NCBI GenBank assembly: GCA_016933255.1
Contig: JAFGBF010000015.1
Span: forward strand, 79,725 to 143,724
Length of the DNA stretch: 64,000 bases
Origin: Candidatus Krumholzibacteriota bacterium
GTDB lineage: Bacteria > Krumholzibacteriota > Krumholzibacteriia > Krumholzibacteriales > Krumholzibacteriaceae
Direction: 5' to 3'
Shown here: positions 1-10,193 of the stretch, piece after piece
Layout of the letters: every line of letters starts with the position of its first letter
How positions within the stretch are numbered: position 1 is the stretch's first letter
Program-made: the position numbers and the translations under genes
The notes under the pieces: generated by a model
Database searches by the model: none
What the model saw: the letters and a program-made list of their open reading frames with translations, nothing else
Told to the model about the DNA's origin: nothing

Positions 1-2
1 GA

Positions 3-650
3 AAGGTCTGTACTGTATCAGGTTCCGGAAACGTCGCGCAGTACGCGACCGAGAAGGCTCTCGACCTTGGCGCCAAGGTCGTATCGATGTCAGATTCAGG
101 CGGAACGATACACGATCCCGATGGTATCGACAGAGAAAAACTGGCATTCCTCATGGAACTCAAGAACGTAAAACGCGGCCGTATCAAGGAATACGCCGAC
201 AAATACGGTGTCAAGTATCTCGAGGGCAAGAGGCCGTGGAATATCAAGTGCGATGTGGCTCTGCCGAGCGCGACCCAGAACGAGATCAATGAGAAAGATG
301 CCAAGGCTCTTATCGATAACGGATGTATCTGCGTATCGGAAGGCGCCAACATGCCCAGCACTCCGGAAGCCATAGAAGTATATCTCGGCGCCAAGATCCT
401 TTACGGTCTCGGTAAGGCTGCCAACGCCGGCGGAGTATCTGTAAGCGGTCTGGAGATGTCCCAGAACAGCCTGCGTTACAACTGGACCCGTGAAGAGGTA
501 GACCAGAAACTTCTCGGCATCATGAAGGCGATTCACGAGCAGTGTGTCGAGTATGGCAAAAAGGGCGATTTCGTCAATTATGTCGACGGCGCCAATATTG
601 CCGGATTTATCAAGGTCGCCGATTCAATGATCGACCAGGGACTGGTGTAG
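3..650 (+). CDS. gdhA: Glutamate dehydrogenase, C-terminal part. The 5' end lies outside the window and the reading frame opens at nt 3.
   Basis: The in-frame translation from nt 3 reads KVCTVSGSGNVAQYATEKALDLGAKVV, a Rossmann GxGxxG/A motif typical of the NAD(P)-binding domain of Glu/Leu/Phe/Val dehydrogenases. The ORF continues to a stop at 650, and the supplied ORF starts at an internal Met. Confidence 0.8.
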   Translation, partial: KVCTVSGSGNVAQYATEKALDLGAKVVSMSDSGGTIHDPDGIDREKLAFLMELKNVKRGRIKEYADKYGVKYLEGKRPWNIKCDVALPSATQNEINEKDAKALIDNGCICVSEGANMPSTPEAIEVYLGAKILYGLGKAANAGGVSVSGLEMSQNSLRYNWTREEVDQKLLGIMKAIHEQCVEYGKKGDFVNYVDGANIAGFIKVADSMIDQGLV

Positions 651-722
651 TAAATATTGATAACCGGTCCAGGAGGAGCATCGGGTCGTTTCGAACAGCT
701 CCAGCTGGACAGGTCGATGAAG

Positions 723-757
723 AAGCCGGACGCTTGTATGCGCCCGGCTTTGTTATT
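723..757 (+). terminator. Putative rho-independent terminator downstream of gdhA.
   Basis: Stem AAGCCGGaCG / CGcCCGGCTT with one mismatch and an 8-nt loop, followed by TGTTATT. Confidence 0.45.
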
Positions 758-943
758 AGCGCATCCGGCCGTTTTTACCGGACACCGGCAGAACCGGATT
801 CTGTTTTCTGGACAACCGAATCCGTGAGTGTTACATTACGGAGACATATATATGCTGCGGGGAGTTCATCCGGCATCCATTTCAGCATATCATAAGGATC
901 TGAAACCGGATTACCCTGGGTGTTTTTTTGGAAGGATGGAAAA

Positions 944-1978
944 ATGAAAAAACTACTGGCTCTAGCACTGCCGATAGTGGCTCTTGCGTTATTACTCGGA
1001 GGCTGCGGCAAGGACGGGGAAAAAGATATGTCATCAGAGCTTAAAGCAGGCGATGTCGCGGGTGCGAACCAGGATGAAATCGTGGCGACTGTTAATGGCG
1101 AAGAGATCCTTGCCAGCAGCGTGGCGAAAGAGCAGAGCATGCTGGCACAGCAGATGGCCGGCAGGGTCGATCCCTCTCAGATGCAGGCCATGGCTGCAGG
1201 GCTGAAACAGCAGGCTTTCGTTAATATCGTGAAAAGGATCTTGCTGAGGCAGGCTGCCGACAAAGAGGGCCTGACAGTATCGGAAGCAGAGAAGACTGCG
1301 AAAATAGAGGTTGTTAAAGGCAATTTCCCTTCCGAGGAGGAATTTAACGCTCAGCTGGGGATCAGCGGTTTGACATACGAAGCATTTGAAAAAGAGATCG
1401 AATATACCGTAAAGGTCGAAAAGCTGATTGAAAAGCTTTCAGCTGATATTGAAGAAACGACGATCAAGGACGCGAAAAATTTCTATGATTCGAATACGGA
1501 TCAATTTAAAAATCCCGAACGGGTCAAGGCGAGCCATATACTTATCAAGACCGCGGCTGACGACTCCGAAGAGATCAAGGCAGAAAAGAGAAAAAGGATC
1601 GAAGATCTGCTGGTAAGGGTCAAGGGCGGCCAGAAATTTGCCGATGTTGCTTCTGAAAACTCGGATTGTCCAAGCAGCAAGAATGGCGGAGACCTCGGAT
1701 TTTTCAGTAGAGGCCAGATGGTAAAGCCTTTTGAAGACGCTGCATTCGAGCTTGAAAAGGGAGAGATCAGCGGCATCGTCGAAACAAGATTCGGGTACCA
1801 TATCATCATGTTGACAGAGAAAGAACCGGCGAATACGACTCCTTTCGATGAGATCAGTAATGATATAGTCGAGTATCTATTCAGCATGAAGAAGCAGATG
1901 GAAGTCGAAAAATATATTCAGGCTCTCAAGGATCTTGCCGAGATTGAATATTCGGATTCCACATTGATGATCCAGTAG
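944..1978 (+). CDS. PpiC-type (parvulin) peptidyl-prolyl cis-trans isomerase, a SurA/PrsA-like lipoprotein.
   Basis: Signal peptide with lipobox (MKKLLALALPIVALALLLGGCG). Parvulin core ASHILIK...GGDLGFF...GYHII. RBS GGAAGGATGG lies upstream of the ATG at 944; the supplied ORF starts earlier, at 920. Confidence 0.8.
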   Translation: MKKLLALALPIVALALLLGGCGKDGEKDMSSELKAGDVAGANQDEIVATVNGEEILASSVAKEQSMLAQQMAGRVDPSQMQAMAAGLKQQAFVNIVKRILLRQAADKEGLTVSEAEKTAKIEVVKGNFPSEEEFNAQLGISGLTYEAFEKEIEYTVKVEKLIEKLSADIEETTIKDAKNFYDSNTDQFKNPERVKASHILIKTAADDSEEIKAEKRKRIEDLLVRVKGGQKFADVASENSDCPSSKNGGDLGFFSRGQMVKPFEDAAFELEKGEISGIVETRFGYHIIMLTEKEPANTTPFDEISNDIVEYLFSMKKQMEVEKYIQALKDLAEIEYSDSTLMIQ

Positions 1979-2009
1979 TATTTGTGCGGGTTGTTGAATA
2001 GAACCAGGG

Positions 2010-4163
2010 ATGGAAGAATCATACTTACTGAAGATCGCCTCGATCCTTGGGGTGGATGTATCAAGGGTGAGGGCGGCCAGCAGGCTGCTTGACGAGGGGG
2101 GGACTGTACCTTTTATCGCCAGGTACAGGAAAGAGGCTACCGGTTCGCTCGATGAGGTGGCGATAACCGATATCAGGGAGCTTGGAGCAAGGTTTAAGGC
2201 TCTTGATGAGCGAAAGAGATCTATACTGGAATCCCTGGAAGAGAGAGGCCTTCTCGACGACGAACTTCGCGGCAGGGTCCTGTCTGCCGACAATTTGACC
2301 CTTCTCGAAGATATCTATCTTCCCTACAGGCCGAAAAGAAGGACCCGGGCGACGATCGCGAGGGAGAAGGGCCTTGAGCCTCTTGCCGAGCTTCTGTTCA
2401 GGCAGGACCCCAGGCTCTCTGTCGATCCGGTGAAGGAAGCGGCCGGATTTATCAATTCTGAAATCGGCGTCGATTCGGCGGAAGATGCTCTTGAGGGTGC
2501 GAGGGATATAATCGCCGAAATGATCAGCGAGGAAAAAGACGCAAGGGCCGCGCTCCGTGATCTCTATATGTCAAGGGGCATGATCTTTTCTTCAGAGGTG
2601 AAGTCGTCCGGAGAGGGAAGGGAAAAGTACAGAGACTACTTTGACTGGAGCGAACCGGTCAAGAGCGCACCGTCTCACCGGATTCTGGCGATCTTCCGCG
2701 CAGAGAAAGAAAAACATATCAGGCTGTCGATAGCTCCGCCCGAAGGAGAGGCGGTCGATCTTCTGCTGAAGCGTTTTGTCACTTCGGAATCGGAGGCTTC
2801 AAGGCAGGTTGCGATGGCGGTCGAGGATGGATTTAAAAGGCTCCTTTCCGTCTCGATAGCGGCCGGTATAAGAAAAGAGATGAAGGAGCGTGCAGACAGG
2901 GAAGCAATAAGGGTCTTTTCGGAAAATCTGAGAGAACTTCTTCTGGCTCCTCCGCTCGGCAGCAGGATCGTCCTAGCAGTTGACCCCGGATTCAGGACAG
3001 GGTGCAAGATAGTATGCCTGGGAAGGCAGGGGCAACTCCTTCATCACGATACGATCTTTCCGCACTCAGGCAGGGCTAAAGAGGAAGAATCGAAAAAAAA
3101 GATTATCGGACTTTGCGGCAGATTTAATATTGAAGCCGTAGCGATAGGAAATGGAACGGCAAGCAGGGAGACTGAAGCGTTTTTCCGCGGTATCGGCCTG
3201 AGCAGCGAAATAGACGTTATCGTGGTCAATGAATCGGGAGCCTCTATATATTCCGCTTCGAAAGCGGGGCGCGAGGAATTTCCGGATCATGATATTACCG
3301 TCAGGGGTTCTGTTTCGATAGGCAGGCGTCTGATGGATCCGCTGGCCGAGCTGGTAAAGATAGATCCCAAATCGATCGGAGTAGGACAATATCAGCATGA
3401 TGTCAACCAGGCTTCTCTGAAAAAAGGACTTGATGACGTCGTAATAAGCTGCGTAAACAGTGTCGGAGTAGATGTCAATACGGCAAGCAGTCATCTGCTT
3501 GCGTACGTTTCGGGGCTGGGTCCGGTACTCGCTGGTAATCTTGTCAAGCACAGAGAAAAGAACGGGCCGTTCAGATCGAGGAGACAACTGACTGATGTTC
3601 CCAGATTCGGTGAGCGCGCGTTTTTGCAGGCCGGCGGTTTTCTAAGGGTTACAGGCGGGGATAATATTCTCGATTCGAGTGCCGTTCATCCGGAAAGTTA
3701 TGAGATCGTCTATTCGATGGCTGACGATGTCGGGTGCAGTGTCGAGGAACTGGTTGCTGACGGCCAAAAAAGGGCAGAGATAGAGTTGGAGAGATATACT
3801 TCGGAAAAAACTGGAATGCCCACTCTGATCGATATTATGGACGAACTGGCGAGGCCTGGGAGAGATCCCAGGGAAAAGTTCGAACTCTTCAGATTTTCTG
3901 ACGAGGTAGGAAAGATCGAGGATGTTGAAAAAGGAATGATACTGCCCGGAATAGTGACCAACGTCACTGCATTCGGGGCTTTTGTCGATATCGGTGTCCA
4001 CCAGGATGGACTGGTTCATATCAGCCAGCTTTCAGACCGCTTTGTAAAAGATCCTTCGGAGATAGTACGCGTAGGGAAAAAAGTCCGGGTCATCGTAACC
4101 GACGTGGACCTGCAGAGAAAAAGGATCTCCCTGTCGATGAAAAACCTGGGAAGCGGAAAATGA
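2010..4163 (+). CDS. tex: Transcription accessory protein Tex (YqgF/RuvC-like, HhH and C-terminal S1 domains).
   Basis: 717 aa. N-terminal LLDEGGTVPFIARYRKE matches the Tex signature. There is a YqgF-like segment and a C-terminal S1 domain (GMILPGIVTNVTAFGAFVDIG...GLVHISQL). Confidence 0.85.
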   Translation: MEESYLLKIASILGVDVSRVRAASRLLDEGGTVPFIARYRKEATGSLDEVAITDIRELGARFKALDERKRSILESLEERGLLDDELRGRVLSADNLTLLEDIYLPYRPKRRTRATIAREKGLEPLAELLFRQDPRLSVDPVKEAAGFINSEIGVDSAEDALEGARDIIAEMISEEKDARAALRDLYMSRGMIFSSEVKSSGEGREKYRDYFDWSEPVKSAPSHRILAIFRAEKEKHIRLSIAPPEGEAVDLLLKRFVTSESEASRQVAMAVEDGFKRLLSVSIAAGIRKEMKERADREAIRVFSENLRELLLAPPLGSRIVLAVDPGFRTGCKIVCLGRQGQLLHHDTIFPHSGRAKEEESKKKIIGLCGRFNIEAVAIGNGTASRETEAFFRGIGLSSEIDVIVVNESGASIYSASKAGREEFPDHDITVRGSVSIGRRLMDPLAELVKIDPKSIGVGQYQHDVNQASLKKGLDDVVISCVNSVGVDVNTASSHLLAYVSGLGPVLAGNLVKHREKNGPFRSRRQLTDVPRFGERAFLQAGGFLRVTGGDNILDSSAVHPESYEIVYSMADDVGCSVEELVADGQKRAEIELERYTSEKTGMPTLIDIMDELARPGRDPREKFELFRFSDEVGKIEDVEKGMILPGIVTNVTAFGAFVDIGVHQDGLVHISQLSDRFVKDPSEIVRVGKKVRVIVTDVDLQRKRISLSMKNLGSGK

Positions 4164-4210
4164 TGTTTCCGGGAGCCGGCAGGATTCATATCCCTTACGA
4201 GACTGCATTT

Positions 4211-6757
4211 TTACTTTGTCTTTGATTTTTTTCTGGCAGGCTTTCCGGGGCTGACCGGATCAGTTTTCTTTTTCGGCCTGTCATAAGGGATGGTGTATGT
4301 CTGTGCTTTCCAGATATCTCTGTTATACTCCTGAATCGTCCGGTCTGATGAAAACTTGCCCATGCGGGCTACGTTGAGGATCGCTTTTTCTATCCACCCG
4401 GTTCTGCCGTAGTAAGTCTTTCCAGCCCTGATCTGGCACTCTCCGTATGATTCAAAATCAGCGAGCGTAAGAAAATGATCAGTATTGAGAAGGTTGGAGA
4501 TAAGGGAACCAAAAAGTCCGGGTTCTGCCGGGGAGAAAAACCCGCGGCTTATCATGTCGACCGTCTCTTTAAGAAGAGGATTTTTATCATAATACGCCCG
4601 GGCATTGTATGTCGGAGCCATTTCCCTTATCTCATCTGCTGTATGCCCGAAGATAAAGATATTCTCTTTTCCGACCTCTTCAAGTATCTCGATATTGGCT
4701 CCGTCGAGTGTTCCTATCGTAAGTGCTCCATTCAGAGACAGTTTCATGTTTCCCGTTCCGGATGCTTCGTAGCCGGCAGTGGATATCTGCTCCGACAGGT
4801 CGGCGGCTGGAATGATCTTTTCAGCGAGAGAGACGCAGTAGTTGGGAAGAAAGACTACCTTTATAATGCCTTTCGTTACTGGATCACGGTTTATGATCTC
4901 GGCGGCATGGCATATAAGCTTGATGACCATCTTTGAAATATAGTAGTCAGGGGCAGTCTTTCCGGCGAAAAAGAATGTGCGCGGGTGCATCTCGAATCCG
5001 CTCTCGTTTTTCAATCTGAGCCAGCAGGTTATGACATGAAGGATATTGAGCATCTGTCTTTTGTATTCATGTATCCTCTTGATCTGGACATCGAATATCG
5101 AATCCGGGTCGATTTCCTCTCCCGTAAGATCGAGGGTCATGCCTGCAAGCCCTTCCTTGTTCGTTTTTTTGATACGGTCGAATGCTTTCTGGAAATCCGG
5201 ATCTGCAGCCAGAGGTTCGATCTTGCGTATCTGCGACAGGTCGCTTACCCAGCCATCTCCTATATGTTTCGTTATCAATCCGGCCAGTTCGGGGTTTGCC
5301 GCAAGCAGCCACCTTCTTGGTGTGATGCCGTTGGTTTTGTTGTTTATTCTTCCCGGAAACACTTCTTCAAATTCCCGGAAGATCCCCTCTTTTAAAAGTT
5401 TTGTGTGGAGGGCGGCCACTCCGTTTACTGAATGGGACCCCACGATCGCCAGATGAGCCATACGGATCCTTTTGCTGCTATCTTCGCCTATGATCGACAA
5501 GCGGCTTGCGCGGCCTTTGTCTTCCTTGAAGCGGATCGATACGTCTTTGAGGAACAGACGGTTGATCTCATAGACGATCTCCATGTGCCGCGGCAGGAGT
5601 GTCCCGAAGATCTCCACAGGCCATTTTTCAAGAGCTTCTGAAAGGATCGTGTGATTTGTATAGGCGCATGTCTTTGTAGTTATCTCCCATGCTTTATTCC
5701 ATTCGATCTGATATTCATCCACAAAGATCCTCATAAGTTCAAGGATCGCCAGCGAGGGATGCGTATCGTTCAGCTGAATGGCGACTTTTTTGTGAAAATC
5801 GTGGAAGCCCTTATGATTTACAAGATAGCGGCGGATAATATCCTGTATGGAGCAGGATACGAAAAAATACTGTTGTTTAAGGCGAAGTTCCCGTCCTACG
5901 AAGTTGCTGTCATTAGGATACAGAACCTTCGAGATATTCTCCGAGATGTTTTTTTCCTCTACAGCTTTCAGATAGTCGCCATGCTGAAAATAATTGAGAT
6001 CGAATTCGTTGGATGCTCTCGAGGACCAGAGACGCATCGTGTTGACGGTGTAGTTGTCGTATCCGCAGACCGGGGTGTCATACGCTATACCTATGACATC
6101 GTCGGTATCGACCCATTCTTTTTTCAGCTGACCGTCGGGCCATTTTGAGGTATTGATCTTACCGTAGAATTTAACGGGGAAACTGTACTCCGGTCTCTCT
6201 ATCTCCCATGGATTTCCAAATTTAAGCCATGAATCGGGAAGTTCTACCTGCCCGAAATCTCTTATTACCTGTTCAAATATGCCGAATTCATATCTTATCC
6301 CGTACCCGTACGCCGGTATTTCCAGAGTCGCCATCGAATCGAGAAAACAGGCGGCCAGTCTTCCCAGTCCTCCGTTTCCAAGCCCCGCGTCAGGTTCCTG
6401 CTCGACAAGTTCGTCAAAGTCGAGGCCCAGGTCTTCCACAGCCTTTTTTGTTTTTTCCAGGAGATCCAGATTGATCAGATTATTTACAAGGGCCCTGCCC
6501 ATCAGGAATTCAGCGGAGAGGTAATAGACGCGTTTGGCGTCCTTGTAGTAATAAAGCTGCTGGGTCTTGATCCACTGTTCGATTATCCTTTCCCGGACGG
6601 TTAAAGCGAGAGAGAAATAGAGGTCCCTGTCAGTGGCGGTATACTGGTCTTTTGAGAGAGAGTATTCGAGATGATTCGCGAAACATTCCTTTATATCCTT
6701 TGTCCTCATCCCCTTATGAAAAATACCGTGTTTTTCAAACAGAGCGCGTTTATCCAT
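4211..6757 (-). CDS. glgP: Glycogen/maltodextrin phosphorylase.
   Basis: 848 aa. Contains the pyridoxal-phosphate lysine motif EASGTGNMKLSLNGALTIGTLDGANIE. The N-terminal region matches alpha-glucan phosphorylases. Confidence 0.9.
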   Translation of the reverse strand: MDKRALFEKHGIFHKGMRTKDIKECFANHLEYSLSKDQYTATDRDLYFSLALTVRERIIEQWIKTQQLYYYKDAKRVYYLSAEFLMGRALVNNLINLDLLEKTKKAVEDLGLDFDELVEQEPDAGLGNGGLGRLAACFLDSMATLEIPAYGYGIRYEFGIFEQVIRDFGQVELPDSWLKFGNPWEIERPEYSFPVKFYGKINTSKWPDGQLKKEWVDTDDVIGIAYDTPVCGYDNYTVNTMRLWSSRASNEFDLNYFQHGDYLKAVEEKNISENISKVLYPNDSNFVGRELRLKQQYFFVSCSIQDIIRRYLVNHKGFHDFHKKVAIQLNDTHPSLAILELMRIFVDEYQIEWNKAWEITTKTCAYTNHTILSEALEKWPVEIFGTLLPRHMEIVYEINRLFLKDVSIRFKEDKGRASRLSIIGEDSSKRIRMAHLAIVGSHSVNGVAALHTKLLKEGIFREFEEVFPGRINNKTNGITPRRWLLAANPELAGLITKHIGDGWVSDLSQIRKIEPLAADPDFQKAFDRIKKTNKEGLAGMTLDLTGEEIDPDSIFDVQIKRIHEYKRQMLNILHVITCWLRLKNESGFEMHPRTFFFAGKTAPDYYISKMVIKLICHAAEIINRDPVTKGIIKVVFLPNYCVSLAEKIIPAADLSEQISTAGYEASGTGNMKLSLNGALTIGTLDGANIEILEEVGKENIFIFGHTADEIREMAPTYNARAYYDKNPLLKETVDMISRGFFSPAEPGLFGSLISNLLNTDHFLTLADFESYGECQIRAGKTYYGRTGWIEKAILNVARMGKFSSDRTIQEYNRDIWKAQTYTIPYDRPKKKTDPVSPGKPARKKSKTK

Positions 6758-6959
6758 CGGGTGCCTCTCCAGACAAGGGTTAGTAAGTCATCTCCTTCGG
6801 GCTTTTCCTCTGCTGTCAGACCAGAGTATCACTAGAGGAAGCGGATTGTCACACATTTTATCGGCTTCAGGCGCCGGGAAGGCAGTTTAAATTATGGGCA
6901 TTCAGTAAAAAAAGATAAAAAACGAATATTCTCTTTGACACAGCGATCGATTTATATAA

Positions 6960-6980
6960 TAATAGTAACAGTTACTATTA
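6960..6980. promoter_or_regulatory. Perfect 10-1-10 palindrome TAATAGTAAC-A-GTTACTATTA. Candidate Fur/PerR-family operator, overlapping or adjacent to a putative promoter (TTGACA 6935-6940, TATAAT 6955-6960).
   Basis: The inverted repeat was read directly from the sequence. It lies about 30 nt upstream of the Fur-family gene start. It is AT-rich and resembles the 7-1-7 / 9-1-9 Fur/PerR box architecture. Confidence 0.55.
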
Positions 6981-7012
6981 GCAAAGGAAGTGTTGTGCAT
7001 ACAAATCTACGC

Positions 7013-7417
7013 ATGACGAAACAGAGGAAAATGATCCTTGACGAGTTGAGACAGGTGACTGTCCATCCTACAGCTGACCAGGTCTATGAATCTGTAAGGA
7101 AAAAGATGCCTGGAATCAGCCTTGGTACAGTCTACAGGAACCTCGATCTTCTTTGCAGGACGGGAATGGCCCGCCGGATAGAAAAGAGCGGGTCTCCGAT
7201 GCGTTATGACGGCGATTTAAGCCTCCACAATCATATTTGCTGTACGAAGTGCGGCAGGGTAGACGATATCAGGGCTATTGATCTGGAAACGGGGCTGGAG
7301 GAAAAAGAGATAATGAAAACCGGCTACCGGTTGATAAAGATAAAGATCGAACTGGCGGGGCTTTGTCCTGAATGCCAGAAATCGGAAGACCGTCTCGAAC
7401 CGAAAGGGCTGGGTTGA
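7013..7417 (+). CDS. Fur-family metalloregulator, PerR-like.
   Basis: Winged-helix N-terminal region (RKMILDEL...HPTADQVY...LGTVYRNLDLL). Two Cys pairs (CCTKCGRV...CPEC) give the structural Zn site. The start is set at ATG 7013; the supplied ORF 6935 would add a non-Fur N-terminal extension. Confidence 0.8.
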   Translation: MTKQRKMILDELRQVTVHPTADQVYESVRKKMPGISLGTVYRNLDLLCRTGMARRIEKSGSPMRYDGDLSLHNHICCTKCGRVDDIRAIDLETGLEEKEIMKTGYRLIKIKIELAGLCPECQKSEDRLEPKGLG

Positions 7418-7420
7418 CAG

Positions 7421-8266
7421 ATGATCGGCGGGGTATTGGAAGATCTCTATACAAGATACAATGACAGGGATTTTGTCGAACCGGACCCCTTGCATTTTCT
7501 TTTCAGGTACGATGATATCCGGGACCGTGAAATTGCGGGGTTGATAGCGTCTTCTCTTGCCTTTGGAAGTGTCGGCCAGATAATGAAGAGCGTGGAAAAG
7601 GTCCTGGGGGTCATGTGCGGTTCGCCGGGGGAATATCTTTCCAGGGCGGACAGGACAGGGATGCGAAAGGAGTTTGAAGGATTCAGGCACAGGTGGGTCG
7701 ATCAGGAAGCGCTGATAAATCTTCTTGACGGTATCAAAACTGCCGTGAGAAAATTCGGAACCCTCGAGAAATGTTTCGCATCCGGATATTCCAATAAGGA
7801 CAGGGATATTGTTCCCGCGCTTACGGCTTTTGTGGACGAGATCATAGGTTCAGGGAAAGTCAATCGGCTGGTCCCTTCTCCATCTCGAGGCAGCGCCTGT
7901 AAAAGGCTGAATCTTTTTCTGAGATGGATGATCCGTTCCGATGGAGTCGATCCGGGGGGCTGGAATATGATCTCATCGTCAAAACTGGTGATCCCCCTTG
8001 ACGTGCATATGCATCGGTTTTCGATACTTCTCGGTTTGACAGAGCGCAATCAGGCAGACCTGAAAACCGCGAGGGAAGTAACAGAAAGTATGAAGATCTT
8101 TTCGCCTGTGGATCCGGTCAAATATGATTTTGCCTTAACCAGGCTCGGGATAAGGCGCGATGATGACAGGGAAAGCCTGCTGATGAGGCTTGGAATCGGT
8201 ATCGACCAGTCGGGAAAGATAAGGCGGGTCATTGAAGGTCAGTCAGAGCGGGGGAGTGTAAGTTGA
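7421..8266 (+). CDS. DUF2400 (TIGR02757) family protein of unknown function.
   Basis: Motifs KRLNLFLRWMIR, IPLDVH and DPVKYDFAL match my recollection of DUF2400 family conservation. It starts 3 nt after the Fur-family stop. Confidence 0.6.
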   Translation: MIGGVLEDLYTRYNDRDFVEPDPLHFLFRYDDIRDREIAGLIASSLAFGSVGQIMKSVEKVLGVMCGSPGEYLSRADRTGMRKEFEGFRHRWVDQEALINLLDGIKTAVRKFGTLEKCFASGYSNKDRDIVPALTAFVDEIIGSGKVNRLVPSPSRGSACKRLNLFLRWMIRSDGVDPGGWNMISSSKLVIPLDVHMHRFSILLGLTERNQADLKTAREVTESMKIFSPVDPVKYDFALTRLGIRRDDDRESLLMRLGIGIDQSGKIRRVIEGQSERGSVS

Positions 8267-9525
8267 AGGAGTTTTTCCTGAATTTTATTCTGGAGCTTTT
8301 CGGGACTCTTAAAGAGATGTCTCCCTATCTGATCTTCGGATTTTTTGTCGCCGGCCTTCTCTCGGTCTTTATCAGGCCCGAGACGGTAGAAAAACATCTT
8401 GGAGGAGGCGGTTTTCTACAGGTGATAAAAGCATCTCTTTTCGGTGTGCCTCTTCCATTGTGTTCGTGCGGAGTCATTCCAGTTGCAGTATCTCTGAGAA
8501 AGCATGGGGCAAGCAGGGGCGCGATGACTTCGTTTCTGATCTCGACTCCCCAGACGGGGATAGACAGCATATTTGTCACTTTGAGCCTGCTTGGGCCCGT
8601 CTATGCCGTATTCAGGCCTATAGTCGCTTTTGTCAGCGGTATCGTCGGAGGAGCAGCGGTAAATATTCTTGTGAAGAACGGTGACGACCAGACTCAGGAA
8701 GTTCCTGTCTGCAGAGACGCCTGCTGTACGGCAGATGGAAACCGACGAAAATTTACGGAAGTCTTTCAATACGCGTTCAGGACCCTTCCGGCTGATATCA
8801 ATAAGGCACTGATCTTCGGTATAGTCATAGCGGGTGTCATCGGGGCCCTTATACCCGATGACTTTCTCACCGGCATTCTCGGAGGCGGGATCGTAGCGAT
8901 GCTGGCGATGATGGCACTCGGGATACCGATCTATGTGTGCGCTACAGCTTCGGTCCCGATCGCGGCGGCCATTATTGCCAAAGGGGTCTCGCCCGGCGCG
9001 GCGCTTGTATTTCTTATGACCGGGCCTGCCACCAACGCCGCTGCCGTTCTGGCGTTGGGAAAGATCCTGGGGAAGAGATCGGCCGTAATATACCTTGCCA
9101 CGCTGGCCGTGTCGGCGGTAACCGCAGGCATTCTTCTCGACCTTGTCTACAGTTCTCCAAATGTAGCTCAACCGGCCGGCATGCCGTTTATGCTTCCGGA
9201 GTGGGTCAAGGTATCGAGCGCGGCAGTACTTTCAGCGGTCATTGCTGCCTCATTCTTCCAAAGGCGGAAGGCGGTTTTTCGGGAAGGCGGCACCGGAGAA
9301 GAAAAAATTATAATCAAGATCGAAGGTATGACATGTCAACATTGCGTTAATAGCATTAAACGCACAATTCTGGAGACTTCCGGCGTGGAAGGCGCGGAGG
9401 TCGATCTGAAAAGAGGTGATGCGGTAATATGGGGAAAACGACTCGATCAGTCCCGGTTTGTTGAATCTTTGGGATCACTGGGATATAAAGTTACCGGACG
9501 GGAAGAATTCCCGCGATCTGAGTGA
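8263..9525 (+). CDS. Permease (COG0701/DUF318-like with a CSCG motif) carrying a C-terminal heavy-metal-associated (HMA) domain.
   Basis: Multi-TM region contains CSCGVIPVA. The C-terminal roughly 70 aa are IKIEGMTCQHCVNSIKRTILETSGVEGAEVDL, a MxCxxC HMA fold. TTG start with GGGGGAG RBS, overlapping the DUF2400 stop by 4 nt. Confidence 0.6.
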   Translation: MKEFFLNFILELFGTLKEMSPYLIFGFFVAGLLSVFIRPETVEKHLGGGGFLQVIKASLFGVPLPLCSCGVIPVAVSLRKHGASRGAMTSFLISTPQTGIDSIFVTLSLLGPVYAVFRPIVAFVSGIVGGAAVNILVKNGDDQTQEVPVCRDACCTADGNRRKFTEVFQYAFRTLPADINKALIFGIVIAGVIGALIPDDFLTGILGGGIVAMLAMMALGIPIYVCATASVPIAAAIIAKGVSPGAALVFLMTGPATNAAAVLALGKILGKRSAVIYLATLAVSAVTAGILLDLVYSSPNVAQPAGMPFMLPEWVKVSSAAVLSAVIAASFFQRRKAVFREGGTGEEKIIIKIEGMTCQHCVNSIKRTILETSGVEGAEVDLKRGDAVIWGKRLDQSRFVESLGSLGYKVTGREEFPRSE

Positions 9526-9569
9526 AATGAAGATGCTTCTTTAATCAACAAAACCGGGGAGGTTTAGCA

Positions 9570-10142
9570 ATGTCTATCAAGGGAACAGAGACTGAAAAAA
9601 ACATTCTGAAAGCGTTTGCGGGGGAGTCGCAGGCGAGAAACCGTTACACCTATTTTGCCTCCCAGGCAAAAAAAGAGGGTTATGTCCAGATCTCTTCGAT
9701 CTTCGAAGAGACAGCCGATCAGGAAAAAGAACACGCAAAACGTCTATTTAAACTTCTTGAAGGCGGAGAGATCGAGATCACCGCGGGTTTTCCTGCAGGA
9801 GTAATCGGGAAGACTGAAGAGAACCTGGCGGAGGCTGCCGGAGGAGAAAATCACGAATGGACTACAATGTATCCGGGCTTTGCGAAAGTGGCCGCTGCGG
9901 AAGGGTTTGATCACATCGCAAAGATCTTCGAAGCGATAGCAGTCGCGGAAAAGCAGCATGAGAAACGTTATAAGGATCTGATGGATAATATCAATTCCGG
10001 GCGCGTTTTCAAACGTGAGGGCGCGGTCGTCTGGCGCTGCCGGAATTGCGGTTATCTGGAAGAGGGAACGGAAGCGCCTGAAATATGTCCGGCATGTGCC
10101 CATCCGAGAGCCCACTTCGAGATCCTTGGAGAGAACTGGTAA
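9570..10142 (+). CDS. rbr: Rubrerythrin.
   Basis: Ferritin-like di-iron domain with E..H motifs, plus a C-terminal rubredoxin-like CxxC...CxxC (WRCRNCGY...CPACAHP). Confidence 0.9.
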   Translation: MSIKGTETEKNILKAFAGESQARNRYTYFASQAKKEGYVQISSIFEETADQEKEHAKRLFKLLEGGEIEITAGFPAGVIGKTEENLAEAAGGENHEWTTMYPGFAKVAAAEGFDHIAKIFEAIAVAEKQHEKRYKDLMDNINSGRVFKREGAVVWRCRNCGYLEEGTEAPEICPACAHPRAHFEILGENW

Positions 10143-10193
10143 CAGGATGGAAGTTGTAATCGTCAGTGTGTTTGAATATTTTTTTATGGAGGT

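Noticed and set aside
96-536. Antisense ORFs nested inside confident genes on the opposite strand or in a shifted frame: 96..536(-), 542..895(+), 775..1140(-), 984..1205(+), 1428..1616(+), 1439..1801(-), 1501..1887(-), 1877..2293(-), 2675..3007(-), 3044..3229(-), 3066..3587(-), 3642..4019(-), 3710..3967(-), 4475..4936(+), 4985..5395(+), 5046..5456(+), 5067..5312(-), 5432..5641(+), 5651..6148(+), 6229..6474(+), 6279..6524(+).
   Set aside because: Each overlaps a gene with strong family-level evidence, has no RBS or start context and has no recognisable motifs. These are typical shadow ORFs.
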